The notes beneath the pieces are model-generated. The model was not told where the DNA came from. It was given only the letters and a program-made list of their open reading frames with translations, and ran no database searches. A stretch of 64,000 nucleotides of DNA from an uncultured delta proteobacterium (GTDB lineage Bacteria > Desulfobacterota > Binatia > UBA9968): NCBI GenBank assembly GCA_963755715.1, contig CAVWLW010000017.1, forward strand, positions 1 through 64,000. Reading direction: 5' to 3'. Below are positions 29,055 through 39,646 of the stretch, piece by piece. The position numbers were made by a program, and so were the translations under genes. The stretch's first letter is position 1. Each line of letters begins with the position of its first letter.

Positions 29055-29876
29055 GTGAATACTCACTACCCCAAAGGGCCTTTTCAAGCAGACGACGCGG
29101 TGGTCTTGCTCGATCGCAAGGACCGCGAGTATCTCGCCCGCCTCGATCAACGCCGCGCGATTGCGATCCGCGGCGGCAAGATCGCTGTTGACGACATCAT
29201 CGGCCGCGACGAAGGCAGCGTCGTTCGTTCCTCGATGAACGAGCCTTTCTTGGTTTTCCGTCCCAGCCTGCCGCAGCTTATTCCCAACCTGCCGCGCAGC
29301 GCTCAAGTGATTTACCCCAAAGACATCGGACCCATCCTGCTCTGGGCGGATCTTTTTCCCGGCGCGCGCGTCGTCGAAGCCGGCGTCGGCGCCGGTGCCT
29401 TGAGCATGGTGCTCTTGCGCGCGATCGGCGACGCGGGTTTATTGATCTCTTACGAAATCCGCGAGGACTTTGCCGAGCTTGCCCAAAAAAATGTGGCGCG
29501 ATATTTCGGGCCGGCGCCGAACTGGACGGTGAAACTCGGCGATGTCGCCACCGATCTCGCTGAGAACGACATGGATAGAGTCATTCTCGATCTGCCCGAA
29601 CCTTGGCAGGCGATCGAACGAGCTTGGACCGCCTTACGGCCGGGCGGCTTTCTGCTCTGCTATCTACCGACGGTGTTACAGGTGAAAAGTCTCGTCGACG
29701 CGCTGCGCATCGATAAGCGCTTTGCTTGCATCGAGACTTCGGAAAACTTAATGCGCTTTTGGCATTTTAAAGGCATGAGTGCGCGGCCGCAGCATCGCAT
29801 GGTCGCGCACACCGGTTTTCTCACCTCGGCGCGGCGCTTGGCGGACGGTGAAAAAGACATTCCCCGAGCCCCATAA
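29055..29876 (+). CDS. trmI: tRNA (adenine-58-N1)-methyltransferase
   Basis: PRSAQVIYPKD, VVEAGVGAGALS, YEIREDF, LDLPEPW, RPQHRMVAHTGFL. Confidence 0.93.
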   Translation: MNTHYPKGPFQADDAVVLLDRKDREYLARLDQRRAIAIRGGKIAVDDIIGRDEGSVVRSSMNEPFLVFRPSLPQLIPNLPRSAQVIYPKDIGPILLWADLFPGARVVEAGVGAGALSMVLLRAIGDAGLLISYEIREDFAELAQKNVARYFGPAPNWTVKLGDVATDLAENDMDRVILDLPEPWQAIERAWTALRPGGFLLCYLPTVLQVKSLVDALRIDKRFACIETSENLMRFWHFKGMSARPQHRMVAHTGFLTSARRLADGEKDIPRAP

Positions 29877-29894
29877 GGAGATCGCCGCGAATTC

Positions 29895-30761
29895 TCACGC
29901 GTAGCCTTTTTGCAGCCACCACTCGGCGATTTCGATGCGGCGGGCAAACCACACTTTGGGAAAGCCCTTAGCGTATTGGATGAATTCGTCGATGATCTTG
30001 GTGCGGAACGGCACACCCGAGACAAACGGGTGCAAATTGAAAGCGAAGTATTTCGGCGCTCCCTGTTCCCCCTCCCAATAGAGGTAGTCAAACTGGTCCT
30101 TCATGATCTGCAACAGATCTCTCGGCGTGCGTCCGGTGCCGTAGGTCGAGTAATCGTTGCATCCCGGCACATTGTAAGGAACGACGACGACTTTGCGGCC
30201 GCGAGCCTCGACAATGTAGGGATTGTCGCTGTTGAGCGGGTCCGCCCACCAGACAAAGCCGGCCTCAGCCACCAGTTCCAGCGTGTTCGGCGTCGAAGCG
30301 TGCCCGGGTGACAAATACCCCGTCGGTTTTTGCCCCAGAACTTTTTCAAATGCCGCCACGGTTTTCTGTATCGACTCCCGCTCCTGCTCCTTGGTGTACA
30401 TGAACGAGTATTCGTGCTCGTAGCTTTCCGACGAAAATTCATGCCCCTTGGCTTTGAATTCCTTGCATGTGTCGGCGAACTGCTCCACCTTCAAGCCGTT
30501 CATTAAAAACGTTACTTTGAGATTATGGCGATCGAAGAGATCACTGATTCTCCAGATACCGACGCGGTCGCCGTATTCTCGTTCGGTGACGAGCGCCATA
30601 TTTTGCTTAAACGGCGCCTTCGGCGGTGGAATCGTGGCGCCGCCCTGACGCTGTAGTGATTCGTGCGTGCCAAAGTTCTCCGGCCACACTTCCCACGGCA
30701 CAATGAAAGTCACGCAGATTTTGGCCTTATCTGGCCATTCTATCGCTGCTGGTCTGCCCAT
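29895..30761 (-). CDS. Polysaccharide deacetylase/PuuE-like amidohydrolase
   Basis: WPDKAKICV, EYGDRVGIWRI, KDQFDYLYWEG, LHPFVSGVPFR, VWFARRIEIAEW. Confidence 0.85.
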   Translation of the reverse strand: MGRPAAIEWPDKAKICVTFIVPWEVWPENFGTHESLQRQGGATIPPPKAPFKQNMALVTEREYGDRVGIWRISDLFDRHNLKVTFLMNGLKVEQFADTCKEFKAKGHEFSSESYEHEYSFMYTKEQERESIQKTVAAFEKVLGQKPTGYLSPGHASTPNTLELVAEAGFVWWADPLNSDNPYIVEARGRKVVVVPYNVPGCNDYSTYGTGRTPRDLLQIMKDQFDYLYWEGEQGAPKYFAFNLHPFVSGVPFRTKIIDEFIQYAKGFPKVWFARRIEIAEWWLQKGYA

Positions 30762-30931
30762 AATTGCTCCTTGGATTAGGAATTTTTTAGCGCAATGAAC
30801 CCAACGTTCACGGCAGACCAAACATATATGGCAGCCACATTAGCTCGTCAAGCGGAACACGCACAGTAATGTTTGCGATTAACTTGACATCCCACTCAGG
30901 TGCATCTAAATCTTGATCGCTGCAGGGTCCA

Positions 30932-31903
30932 ATGAAAATTCAAACGTTGTTGCTGGCCATTTTCCTGTCTCTGACGATTGTCCCCACCGCCCGCGGACAA
31001 TCGTCCCTCGAAAAAGTCGTCATCACCTATCCCAGTCGCAGCATCGCTTCTGTGGATCTTTATATCGCCCAGGAGCGCGGTTTTTTTCGCCAAGAAGGAA
31101 TCCTCGCCGACGTCGTGCAAGTCAGGGGCAATATCGGCGTGACCGCGCTGTTGAGCGGTGACGCGCACGCGGTCAATAATGTCGGCACGGTCATTCGCGC
31201 CATGGAGCGCAGCGATCTGCCGGTCAAAGTCGTATCGCAGAGTTTGAAGAAAAATCTCTTCTGGCTCGTCACCAAGCCTGAAGTCAAATCTCTAAGCGAG
31301 CTGAAAGGCAAGCTCTTCGGCACGACGACCTTCGGCGGTTCGCAGCATCTTGCCGCGTTACGGCTCTTGCAAAAAGCTGGGCTCGATCCCGACAAAGACA
31401 TCACGGTCGTGATCGGCGGCGACGTGCCGGCGCAGCTGCAAAGTCTAGTGAGCGGCGTCATTCAACTCGCCGCGCTGTCCCCACCCACCGTCATCCTGGC
31501 GAGAGACAAATTCAAGTTGAAAATCCACGGCAGCACGCTCGAAGATATGCCTAATCTGCAAAACGGCCTCGCATTTTCCGAGAAGATGCTGCGCGAGAAA
31601 AGAGACTTGGTAAAACGCATCCTGCGCGCCCGCTCGCGCGCGCACCGATACTTTTGGGAAAACGAACGCGGGACGGCGGAAGTGTTGGCGAATTATTTAA
31701 AAGTAGAACTGCCCGTCGCGCTTGAGTCTTATCGGCTTGCGCGTCCGGCTTTCACAGCCAACGGCCTTGCCACCGACAAAGAGATTGAGGAGTTTCTCCG
31801 TGCCGACGCCGAAGTGTTCAAGCTACGCGACCCGGTGCCAGCTGCGAAGATCTTTGACTTCAGCCTGCAACGAGAAGTGAATCAAGAGTTAGGAATCAAA
31901 TAG
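30932..31903 (+). CDS. NMT1/SsuA-like ABC substrate-binding protein
   Basis: Signal peptide; IAQERGFFRQEG, ELKGK, GLDPDKDI, FDFSL. Confidence 0.88.
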   Translation: MKIQTLLLAIFLSLTIVPTARGQSSLEKVVITYPSRSIASVDLYIAQERGFFRQEGILADVVQVRGNIGVTALLSGDAHAVNNVGTVIRAMERSDLPVKVVSQSLKKNLFWLVTKPEVKSLSELKGKLFGTTTFGGSQHLAALRLLQKAGLDPDKDITVVIGGDVPAQLQSLVSGVIQLAALSPPTVILARDKFKLKIHGSTLEDMPNLQNGLAFSEKMLREKRDLVKRILRARSRAHRYFWENERGTAEVLANYLKVELPVALESYRLARPAFTANGLATDKEIEEFLRADAEVFKLRDPVPAAKIFDFSLQREVNQELGIK

Positions 31904-31981
31904 TCGGCACTGGCAACTGCGCAGTTTCCGGCAGCTGAATACAACTGGAACATATGGCAATAATCCAAAATAGCGGAGGAT

Positions 31982-32941
31982 ATGACGATGAACATTCTCA
32001 TCACCGGCGCCGGATTGATCGGGTCCAACGCCGCGCGCCATGCCGTCGACGCCGGCCATAAGGTCGTGCTTTTCGATCTCTCGCCCAATCGCGACTACAT
32101 CCAGAAAGTCGTCGGCAAAGACAAAGCCGACGTCGTCGCTGCTGACATGCGCGATTTGCCGGCGCTGCTTAGCCGCGCTGGAAAAATTCAACGTCGATAC
32201 GCTGGTGCACTACCGCCGGTCTGATCGGCTGGACGGGTCCAGGAGAATTCCTATACCGGCGCGACCAACAATATTCTCGGCACGATCAACGTGCTGGAAG
32301 CTGCGCGATTGCGAAAACTCAAACGGATCGTTTATGTCAGCACCTTCGGCGTCTACGAGCGCGGCAAGATCGACGACAGCGCCATTCGCGAGACTCACCC
32401 GATCGGCGGCCATAATCTTTACGCCACGACCAAAGTTTGTTCCGAGCATCTCGTTCACGCCTACGCCAGCATGTATAACCTCGACACGATTATCATCCGC
32501 CCCGGCGGCGTTTTCGGCCGGGGCTTTTACGTCGGCGGCTCCACGGTCGGCATGGTCATGCGCGATCTGGCGCTCAACATGATCAAAGGCGAGCCGATCA
32601 CCATCGACGCGAAAGTCTACGGGCCCAACGAGTACGTCTACGGCAAAGACGTTGGCTTGGCTCTCTATCTCGCTTGCCAAGCGAAAAATCCTAAGCAGCG
32701 AATTTACAATGCGGGAACGGGAGCCGTGCACGGCGCCGAAGAGCTCGCCCAAGTCGTCAGAGAGCTAGCGCCGAAAACTGAAGTCAAAGTCAGCGGCACA
32801 AGCAGCGCCGATAAGAGCCGCAGCATTCCGATGGACATCAGCGTGTCGAAGGCCGAGCTGGGCTATGCGCCAAAGTTTCCCCTGAAAGAAGCACTGCGCG
32901 ATTACATGGACGAGTTGTGGGCGGACGGCGCACGGCCCTAA
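31982..32941 (+). CDS. NAD-dependent epimerase/dehydratase (indels near 32170-32250)
   Basis: ILITGAGLIG, YATTK (YxxxK), IYNAGTG, LGYAPKFPLKEAL. Confidence 0.88.
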
Positions 32942-32942
32942 T

Positions 32943-32966
32943 GTAGGGGCGTAGCATGCTGCGCCC
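32943..32966 (+). repeat. GTAG-type REP-like hairpin
   Basis: GTAG-GGGCGTAGCATGCTGCGCCC between convergent genes. Confidence 0.65.
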
Positions 32967-33003
32967 AATTGGTCGAATCTGCAAAGAGTAAAAATGCGCG
33001 GGA

Positions 33004-33714
33004 TCAATTCCCGAAGCGAAATCGAATCATGTAATACAGCGCCGCGAAGCCATCTTTCCAGGTGATCTTCTTGCCTTCTTGATACGTGCGGCCGTGGTAC
33101 GCGATCGGCACTTCGTAGAAGCGGCAACCTTTCTTCGCCAATTTCACGGTGATTTCCGGCTCGAAGCCGAAGCGCTTCGATTCGAGGTTGATGCCTTTCA
33201 GCACGTCGGCACGAAAGACTTTGTAGCCGACTTCCATGTCGGAAAGGTTGAGATTGGTAAGCATGTTGGACAGCAGCGTCAGCATCCGATTGCCCATGGA
33301 GTGCCAAAAGAACATCACTCGATGCGCGCCGCCGCCGGCGAAGCGCGTGCCGTAGACAACGTCGGCCACTCCCGTCTCGATGGGCTCCAGCAGGCTGGGA
33401 TAATCTTTCGGATCGTACTCCAGATCGGCGTCCTGGATGATCACCACATCGCCCGTCGCATGAGCGATCGCCGTCTTTAACGCCGCGCCCTTACCTTCGT
33501 TTTGCGGTTGAAAAAACACTTTGATGTGATTGCGCTCGTCGCCGGCCCGGCGGTTTTCTTCCTCGAGGCGGGTCAGAATCTCACGGCTACGATCTTTCGA
33601 ACCGTCGTCGACAAAGATGATTTCTTTCGGCGTCGGCACGGCGCACACTCGGCGCGCGATTTCCTCGAGCGTGTGCTCTTCGTTATAAACCGGAACCAGG
33701 ACGGAGAGCTTCAC
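33004..33714 (-). CDS. Glycosyltransferase family 2 (DPM1-like)
   Basis: [47 protein letters not shown]; GTG start overlaps PAC2 stop. Confidence 0.93.
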   Translation of the reverse strand: MKLSVLVPVYNEEHTLEEIARRVCAVPTPKEIIFVDDGSKDRSREILTRLEEENRRAGDERNHIKVFFQPQNEGKGAALKTAIAHATGDVVIIQDADLEYDPKDYPSLLEPIETGVADVVYGTRFAGGGAHRVMFFWHSMGNRMLTLLSNMLTNLNLSDMEVGYKVFRADVLKGINLESKRFGFEPEITVKLAKKGCRFYEVPIAYHGRTYQEGKKITWKDGFAALYYMIRFRFGN

Positions 33715-34490
33715 TGTTCGAATTCGCGCTTCTTGAGCTCGCGCACAAATGCAGAGAGCTTGGGATCGGCGTTGACGGCTTCGTTGATCTTCGCTTGAAA
33801 GTCCGCGGCCGCCCGCTCCAAAGGAGCCGTGTCCACTCGCAGACCGAGCCACTGACTGAGGCGTAGGAGCAACGCCAAGGTGCCGCGCGGGTTGGGCGAC
33901 ACGGAAAGATAATGGGGCAGTGAAGCCCACAGACTCACGTGCGGCACACCGGCGGCGCGGCACGCGTCGGCCAATACGCCGACGATACCGGTCGGCCCCT
34001 GGTAACGCGACGGCACGAGATCGAGTTGATCCACTAATTGGGGATCGGTGGAAAACCCTGTGAGCGGCACCGGCCGGGTGTAGAGCACTTCATCGAGATA
34101 GGCGCCCAACGTAATCACCATCTCGGCCTCACACTCGCGCGCGAAACGAAGCATCGTTTCGGTAAAAGTGCGCCAGCGCAGATGCGGCTCCGCGCCGATG
34201 CCGAGCACGAAATCTTTTTCGACGCCGATGCCGGGACCGTAGTAAAAGTCGTAAGATGGCCAGTGAATTTCTCGCTCTTTGCGGTCGTTCAGGCGCACCA
34301 CCGGCCGTTGCCGGTAAAAATCGTAAAACTCCTCGGGATCGATAGCGGCAAATTTTTTGCCCAGCAACTGATCGATCAAATATCTGATCGCGGTCGACGC
34401 CGAGGCGCCGGCGTCACTCCAGCCGGCGAATGACAACAACAGGACCGGATTCTTTAATGTTGGCCGGCTTTCGAAAATGAGCGCTTCCAT
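33711..34490 (-). CDS. PAC2 (proteasome assembly chaperone) family protein
   Basis: [55 protein letters not shown]. Confidence 0.9.
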   Translation of the reverse strand: MEALIFESRPTLKNPVLLLSFAGWSDAGASASTAIRYLIDQLLGKKFAAIDPEEFYDFYRQRPVVRLNDRKEREIHWPSYDFYYGPGIGVEKDFVLGIGAEPHLRWRTFTETMLRFARECEAEMVITLGAYLDEVLYTRPVPLTGFSTDPQLVDQLDLVPSRYQGPTGIVGVLADACRAAGVPHVSLWASLPHYLSVSPNPRGTLALLLRLSQWLGLRVDTAPLERAAADFQAKINEAVNADPKLSAFVRELKKREFEQ

Positions 34491-34641
34491 GATTTTTTCA
34501 CTGTAGCATAACTCCGGGCGAACGCTCCAGTGTATAATCGATAATCCTATCGCAAGCGACTCCTCGAACGCCGTTCACGACGACAGTGCGGTCAGCAGTT
34601 AGGAGTTGTCTCCTTGGTTTGCTATATTGAGCGAAGTTTTT

Positions 34642-36942
34642 ATGAAGGATGCACAACATCGGCTTCCGCCGTTGTTCCAAAAAAACGAAGTCCTATTTGG
34701 CCACGACGTGACAATGGGTCTGCTCGCTTTCGAGAGCGACGGACACGGCCAAATCAAGATCTTTGCCCGCGACGGCTCGTCGACACGCGCCGAGACGGCG
34801 CCGTTCCAACCGTTCATGCTTTTGGCCGGAGATGCTTTGAGCGGCTGGCAAGGTGATGCGACGCTCGAAAACCTCGACGGCCGCGGCGCGTTCAATCGCC
34901 TGGCCTTTTTTCCCAACCTCGCGCAGCTTCAAGACGCTAAGTTCTATCTGCAAAGAAAACCCGGCAAAGGGCCGTCCGCGGCAGATGAGCCCTATTGGTA
35001 TTCCAGCGATCCCCTACATCAATTTCTCTTACTCAGCGGGAAGACGCACTTTTTGGGAATGACCTTTCGCGACTTGAAGCGCCTGCAAATCGACATTGCA
35101 ACCTATTGCCGGGAAGATTTCACCTTTCCCAACGCGGCGCGTGACTGCGACCGGATTACCGCCATCGCCATGTCGGACACGACCGGCTGGGAGAGATTAA
35201 TCTCGGGTAAAGAGCTGGACGAGCCCGAAATGCTCCATGCGTTGATCGAAGAGATCCGCGCGCGCGATCCCGACGTGATCGAAGGTCACAATTTGTTTCG
35301 CTTCGACCTCGAATATATCGAGCTGCGCGCCAAGCGCTACAACATTCCGCTCAATCTCGGGCGCGACGGTTCACGCTTGCGCGGCTACGCCTCGCGTATG
35401 CAAATGGCCGAGCGCACCATCAGCTACCGCAAATATGAGATCTTTGGCCGCCACCTCATCGACACCTGGATCCTGGCGCAGCACTACGATGTCGCCACCC
35501 GGGAATTGGAAAGCTTCGGCTTAAGAGAAATCGCGCATCACTTCGGTGTTGCCGGCGCCGAACGCACCTACGTGGCTGCCGACAAGACGAGCTGGTACTT
35601 CGATCACGACCCCGACGCTTTGTTCCGTTACGCGTTGGACGACGTGCGCGAGACCCGCGCGATCTCGGAAATTTTGTCGCCCAGCTACTTCGTCGAAGCG
35701 CAGATTTTCCCGTACAGCTACCAGAACATGCCGCTGCGCGGCAACGCGACCAAGATCGACGCGCTTTTTTTGCGCGAGTATTTGCACCAACGTCGCGCCG
35801 TGCCTTATCCGGGCGAAGGACGCGACGTGGCCGGCGGCTTCACCCACATGGAATACCAGGGCGCCGCGCAGCGCGTCCTCCACTGCGACGTGACCTCGCT
35901 CTATCCGTCGCTCATGTTGGTGTACAATTATCTGCCGCAGACTGACGAACTCGGTGTTTTCGCCGGGTTGCTCAGCGACCTGCGCGGCTTTCGGATCAAA
36001 GCCAAAGAGCTCGCGCGCGGCGCGCCGGACGAAGAGAGCCGGGTCTATTTCAACGCGCTGCAATCGACTTTTAAAATTCTTATCAACTCGTTTTACGGCT
36101 ACCTCGGTTTCCAAATGGGCCATTTCAACGATTTCGAAGCGGCCAACCAGGTTACAGCCAAAGGCCGGGAGTTGATCCAGTCCGCCATCGCCTGGCTCAA
36201 AGACAACCAGGCCAAGATCATCGAGGTGGATACCGACGGCATCTATTTTATGCCGTCGGAAAGCGTGCAGACCGAGGCCGACGAGGAACGCCTGATCGCC
36301 GATCTCGCGGCGATCTTGCCGGAGGGCATCGAGATTGAGCTCGACGGGCGCTACCCAGCGATGTTCAGCTATAAGATGAAAAACTATGCGCTGCTCGACG
36401 AACAAGGGCACTTGCGCATCAAAGGCTCCGGCCTGCGTTCGCGCGGCCTCGAACCGTTTCAACGGGAATGGCTGGAAGCGATGTTGATGCTGCTCCTGAG
36501 GAATGAACGGGAAAAAATTCCAGAGCTCTACGATCGTTTTGTCGACGACATTGATCAGCACCGTCGACCTATCAGTTGGCTGGCGAAAACCGAAACGCTG
36601 CAAGACTCCTTGGAAACCTACCAGGCAAAGCTAAAAGCCAAGAAGCGCAACCCCGGCGCTCCCTATGAACTGGCATTGAAAGCCGAGCGGCGCCATCAGC
36701 CTGGCGACCAGATCTCCTATTACGTGACCGGCACAAAAGCCAATGTGAAAATCAACGAGAACTGCAAATTGGCAGCCGATTGGGATGCGGCAAAACCGGA
36801 CGAGAACGTCGAACATTACAAGGCGAAACTCAGAGAGCTGTACGACAAATTCAAGCCGTGGATCGAGTTAGCAAAACCGGAGCAAGAAGATGCGCTGAGC
36901 GCAGGCCCGGCTCAGTTCTCTTTGTTCGCTCCGGAATCCTGA
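34642..36942 (+). CDS. polB: Family B DNA polymerase (Pol II-like)
   Basis: Exo II GHNLFRFD, Exo III YALDD, motif A DVTSLYPS, motif B KILINSFYG, motif C VDTDG, KNYA, KGSG. Confidence 0.92.
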   Translation: MKDAQHRLPPLFQKNEVLFGHDVTMGLLAFESDGHGQIKIFARDGSSTRAETAPFQPFMLLAGDALSGWQGDATLENLDGRGAFNRLAFFPNLAQLQDAKFYLQRKPGKGPSAADEPYWYSSDPLHQFLLLSGKTHFLGMTFRDLKRLQIDIATYCREDFTFPNAARDCDRITAIAMSDTTGWERLISGKELDEPEMLHALIEEIRARDPDVIEGHNLFRFDLEYIELRAKRYNIPLNLGRDGSRLRGYASRMQMAERTISYRKYEIFGRHLIDTWILAQHYDVATRELESFGLREIAHHFGVAGAERTYVAADKTSWYFDHDPDALFRYALDDVRETRAISEILSPSYFVEAQIFPYSYQNMPLRGNATKIDALFLREYLHQRRAVPYPGEGRDVAGGFTHMEYQGAAQRVLHCDVTSLYPSLMLVYNYLPQTDELGVFAGLLSDLRGFRIKAKELARGAPDEESRVYFNALQSTFKILINSFYGYLGFQMGHFNDFEAANQVTAKGRELIQSAIAWLKDNQAKIIEVDTDGIYFMPSESVQTEADEERLIADLAAILPEGIEIELDGRYPAMFSYKMKNYALLDEQGHLRIKGSGLRSRGLEPFQREWLEAMLMLLLRNEREKIPELYDRFVDDIDQHRRPISWLAKTETLQDSLETYQAKLKAKKRNPGAPYELALKAERRHQPGDQISYYVTGTKANVKINENCKLAADWDAAKPDENVEHYKAKLRELYDKFKPWIELAKPEQEDALSAGPAQFSLFAPES

Positions 36943-36952
36943 TGACACAGCG

Positions 36953-37696
36953 ATGACAACAACCGATCAAAAAATCGCTTTGATCACCGGCGGCGCCAAG
37001 GGTATCGGCCGCGCCGTCGCGTTGGATCTCGCGGCTAACCACTGGCGGGTGGCGATATGCTACCGCACCAGCGCCAAGGAAGCCAAAGAGGTTATCGATA
37101 TCGTGCAGCAAAAAGGCGGCGAAGGATTGGCTATTCAATGCGATGTTTCCGACCCCCAAGCCGCTGCCGGGCTGGTTGAGCGGGTGCACGAGCAATGGGG
37201 CCGGATCGACGCGCTGATCAACAGCGCCGGACCTTACCACCGCGTCTCGTTGCTGCAGGAGACTCTTGAGGGATGGCATTCGATGTTCGATAATAATCTT
37301 CATCCGGTTTTCTACTTGACCCGCGCGGTGATTCCGATCATGAAAGAACGCAAATGGGGACGCATCGTCAGCTTCAGCATGGCCAACGCCGAGCAGCTAA
37401 TCGCCCAACCACAGCTCACGGCGCATTATCTAAGCAAGGTCGGCTTGCTAGCGCTGTCTCGTTCTTTCGCCAAGCTGATCGCGGCGGACGGCATCACGAT
37501 GAATTGCGTTTCGCCCGGTTTCATCGATTCGGGCAGCGCACCCAAGGAAGAGCTCGAGCGTATGGTCAAATTCATTCCGGCAGGCTACGTTGGCACTGTT
37601 GACGACGCCGTGTCGGCGGTGCGCTTCCTGCTGTCGGAAGAGGCGCGCTATGTCAACGGTGCCAACCTCCAGCTCAGCGGCGCATGGGGTGTCTAG
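36953..37696 (+). CDS. Short-chain dehydrogenase/reductase, atypical active site
   Basis: TGGAKGIG, INSAG, NCVSPGFI; HYLSK in place of YxxSK. Confidence 0.9.
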   Translation: MTTTDQKIALITGGAKGIGRAVALDLAANHWRVAICYRTSAKEAKEVIDIVQQKGGEGLAIQCDVSDPQAAAGLVERVHEQWGRIDALINSAGPYHRVSLLQETLEGWHSMFDNNLHPVFYLTRAVIPIMKERKWGRIVSFSMANAEQLIAQPQLTAHYLSKVGLLALSRSFAKLIAADGITMNCVSPGFIDSGSAPKEELERMVKFIPAGYVGTVDDAVSAVRFLLSEEARYVNGANLQLSGAWGV

Positions 37697-37742
37697 ACGA
37701 GAATGCCGAAAAGAGAGATCATTCACTTAACGGACGAAACCC

Positions 37743-38228
37743 ATGGCGGCTAACAGAGATCAGGAACGGGCGCTTGAGCTCATCGAAAAGGCGATGAAAC
37801 ACCAGATGGCGCAGGAGTTCGAGGACGCGATCCGCCTTTACAAAGAATCGATCGCGCTCTACCCGACCGCCGATGCGCATACTTATCTGGGTTGGGCCTA
37901 TAGCTTCGTCGGCCGGCTCAACGAAGCCATTGCCCAATGCGAGATCGCCATCCAGCTCGACCCCGAATTTGGCAATCCCTATAACGACATCGGTGTGTAT
38001 TTGATGCAGCAGCAGCGCTTTGACGACGCCATCCCGTGGCTGGAGCAGGCTAAATCCGCCACACGTTACGAACCGCGCCACTTTCCATTCATCAATCTCG
38101 GCCGGATTTATCTGACCAAAGGCATGATTCAAAAAGCGCTAGAGGAATTTGGCGGTGCGTTGAAAATCAATCCCGACGACAGTGAGCTTACCCAGCTCGT
38201 CGAAGAGCTCCAGACCAAGCTCCAATAA
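37743..38228 (+). CDS. Tetratricopeptide repeat protein
   Basis: PTADAHTYLGWAYS, AIQLDPEFGNPYNDIG, NLGRIY. Confidence 0.88.
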   Translation: MAANRDQERALELIEKAMKHQMAQEFEDAIRLYKESIALYPTADAHTYLGWAYSFVGRLNEAIAQCEIAIQLDPEFGNPYNDIGVYLMQQQRFDDAIPWLEQAKSATRYEPRHFPFINLGRIYLTKGMIQKALEEFGGALKINPDDSELTQLVEELQTKLQ

Positions 38229-38313
38229 CTCAACAACCCTCGCGGCCGAGCGGCTGTGAATTTGTCGACTAGAGGAAATTGTTCAAAGAGAGCTGCAAAC
38301 TTCAGCAACGTCA

Positions 38314-39636
38314 TTAGCTCGCCGAAGCGACGGCTGCGTCGAAAATCTCCACGGCCGTCTGCGTTTCTTCAGGCGTCACGATCAGCGGCGGGCAAAACCG
38401 CATGGTGCTCTGGCCGCAGCTCAGCAGCAGCAAGCCCTTTTCAAAACACGCGTGCATGATCCGATCGCGCAGTTTTCCGTCCGGCGCATAACTACCGTCA
38501 GGGCGCTCGAAATCAACGCCGATCATCAACCCCAATCCGCGCACATCGCCGATCGCAGCGTGGCGAGTCTTAACGGCCGATAACTTTTCTTTGAGGATCG
38601 CGCCGACCTTGGCGGCATTCTCGACCAAACCCTCTTCAAGCAACTGGAGCGTCGCCAATGCCGCGGCGCAAGCGACCGGATTGCCGCCGAAGGTGCTGCC
38701 GTGCGTGCTGCTGGTCCAGGTGCTGATGTCGGCGCGAGCGATCATCGCGCCGAGCGGCATGCCGCTGGCGATGCCTTTGGCGGCACAAACAATATCCGGC
38801 TCGATGCCCCAGTGTTCACATGCGAACATTTTGCCGGTGCGGCCGAAGCCGGATTGAATTTCATCGGCGACTAAAAGAATGCCGTACTTGCGGCAGAGAT
38901 CTTGAAGCATCGGCAAATATTCCGGCGGCGGCACCACGTAGCCGCCCTCGCCTTGAATCGGCTCGACGAAAATCGCCGCCACTTCTTCGGGGCGGACCTC
39001 GTAGCGAAAAAGGACTTTTTCCAAAACTTCGACGCATTCAATGCCGCAAGATCCGTACTTCAACTGGTACGGACAGCGATGGCAAAAGCCGTACGGCACA
39101 TGGTGCACGCCGGGAATCAGCGGGCCGAAGTGCGCCCGATGGGACGCGCGGCTGGCGGTCAGCGACAACGCGCCCAGCGTCCGGCCGTGAAAGGCGCCGT
39201 GAAAAGCGATGATGTGCGAACGCTTGGTGTGATAGCGCGCGAGCTTGATGGCGGCTTCGATGGTCTCGGTGCCGGAGTTGGTGAAAAAGACTTTCTTGGG
39301 CGCGGCGCCCGGCGCGAGGCGATTGAGCTTCTCGGCCAACTCCACCAACGGCTCATAGTAATAATCGCTGCCGCAAATATGCAAAAATTTGCGCGCTTGC
39401 TCTTCGATCGCCTTGACCACCCGCGGGTGAGAGTGACCGGTGCTCGCCACCGCGATTCCTGCCATAAAGTCGAGAAACAAGTTGCCGTCGACGTCTTCGA
39501 CGACCATGCCCGCCGCCCGTTTCACCACCAGCGGATAAACTCGACCGTACGCCGGCGCCGTGACTTGATGATCACGCTCGACGATCGCCTTCGCTTTCGG
39601 TCCCGGAAGCGCGGTTTTGATGTGCGGTGCTTTCAT
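38314..39636 (-). CDS. Class III PLP aminotransferase (4-aminobutyrate/acetylornithine type)
   Basis: NSGTE, FHGRT, EPIQGEGG, DEIQSGFGRTG, AKGIASG, HGSTFGGNP. Confidence 0.93.
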   Translation of the reverse strand: MKAPHIKTALPGPKAKAIVERDHQVTAPAYGRVYPLVVKRAAGMVVEDVDGNLFLDFMAGIAVASTGHSHPRVVKAIEEQARKFLHICGSDYYYEPLVELAEKLNRLAPGAAPKKVFFTNSGTETIEAAIKLARYHTKRSHIIAFHGAFHGRTLGALSLTASRASHRAHFGPLIPGVHHVPYGFCHRCPYQLKYGSCGIECVEVLEKVLFRYEVRPEEVAAIFVEPIQGEGGYVVPPPEYLPMLQDLCRKYGILLVADEIQSGFGRTGKMFACEHWGIEPDIVCAAKGIASGMPLGAMIARADISTWTSSTHGSTFGGNPVACAAALATLQLLEEGLVENAAKVGAILKEKLSAVKTRHAAIGDVRGLGLMIGVDFERPDGSYAPDGKLRDRIMHACFEKGLLLLSCGQSTMRFCPPLIVTPEETQTAVEIFDAAVASAS

Positions 39637-39646
39637 GCCTCTTCCT

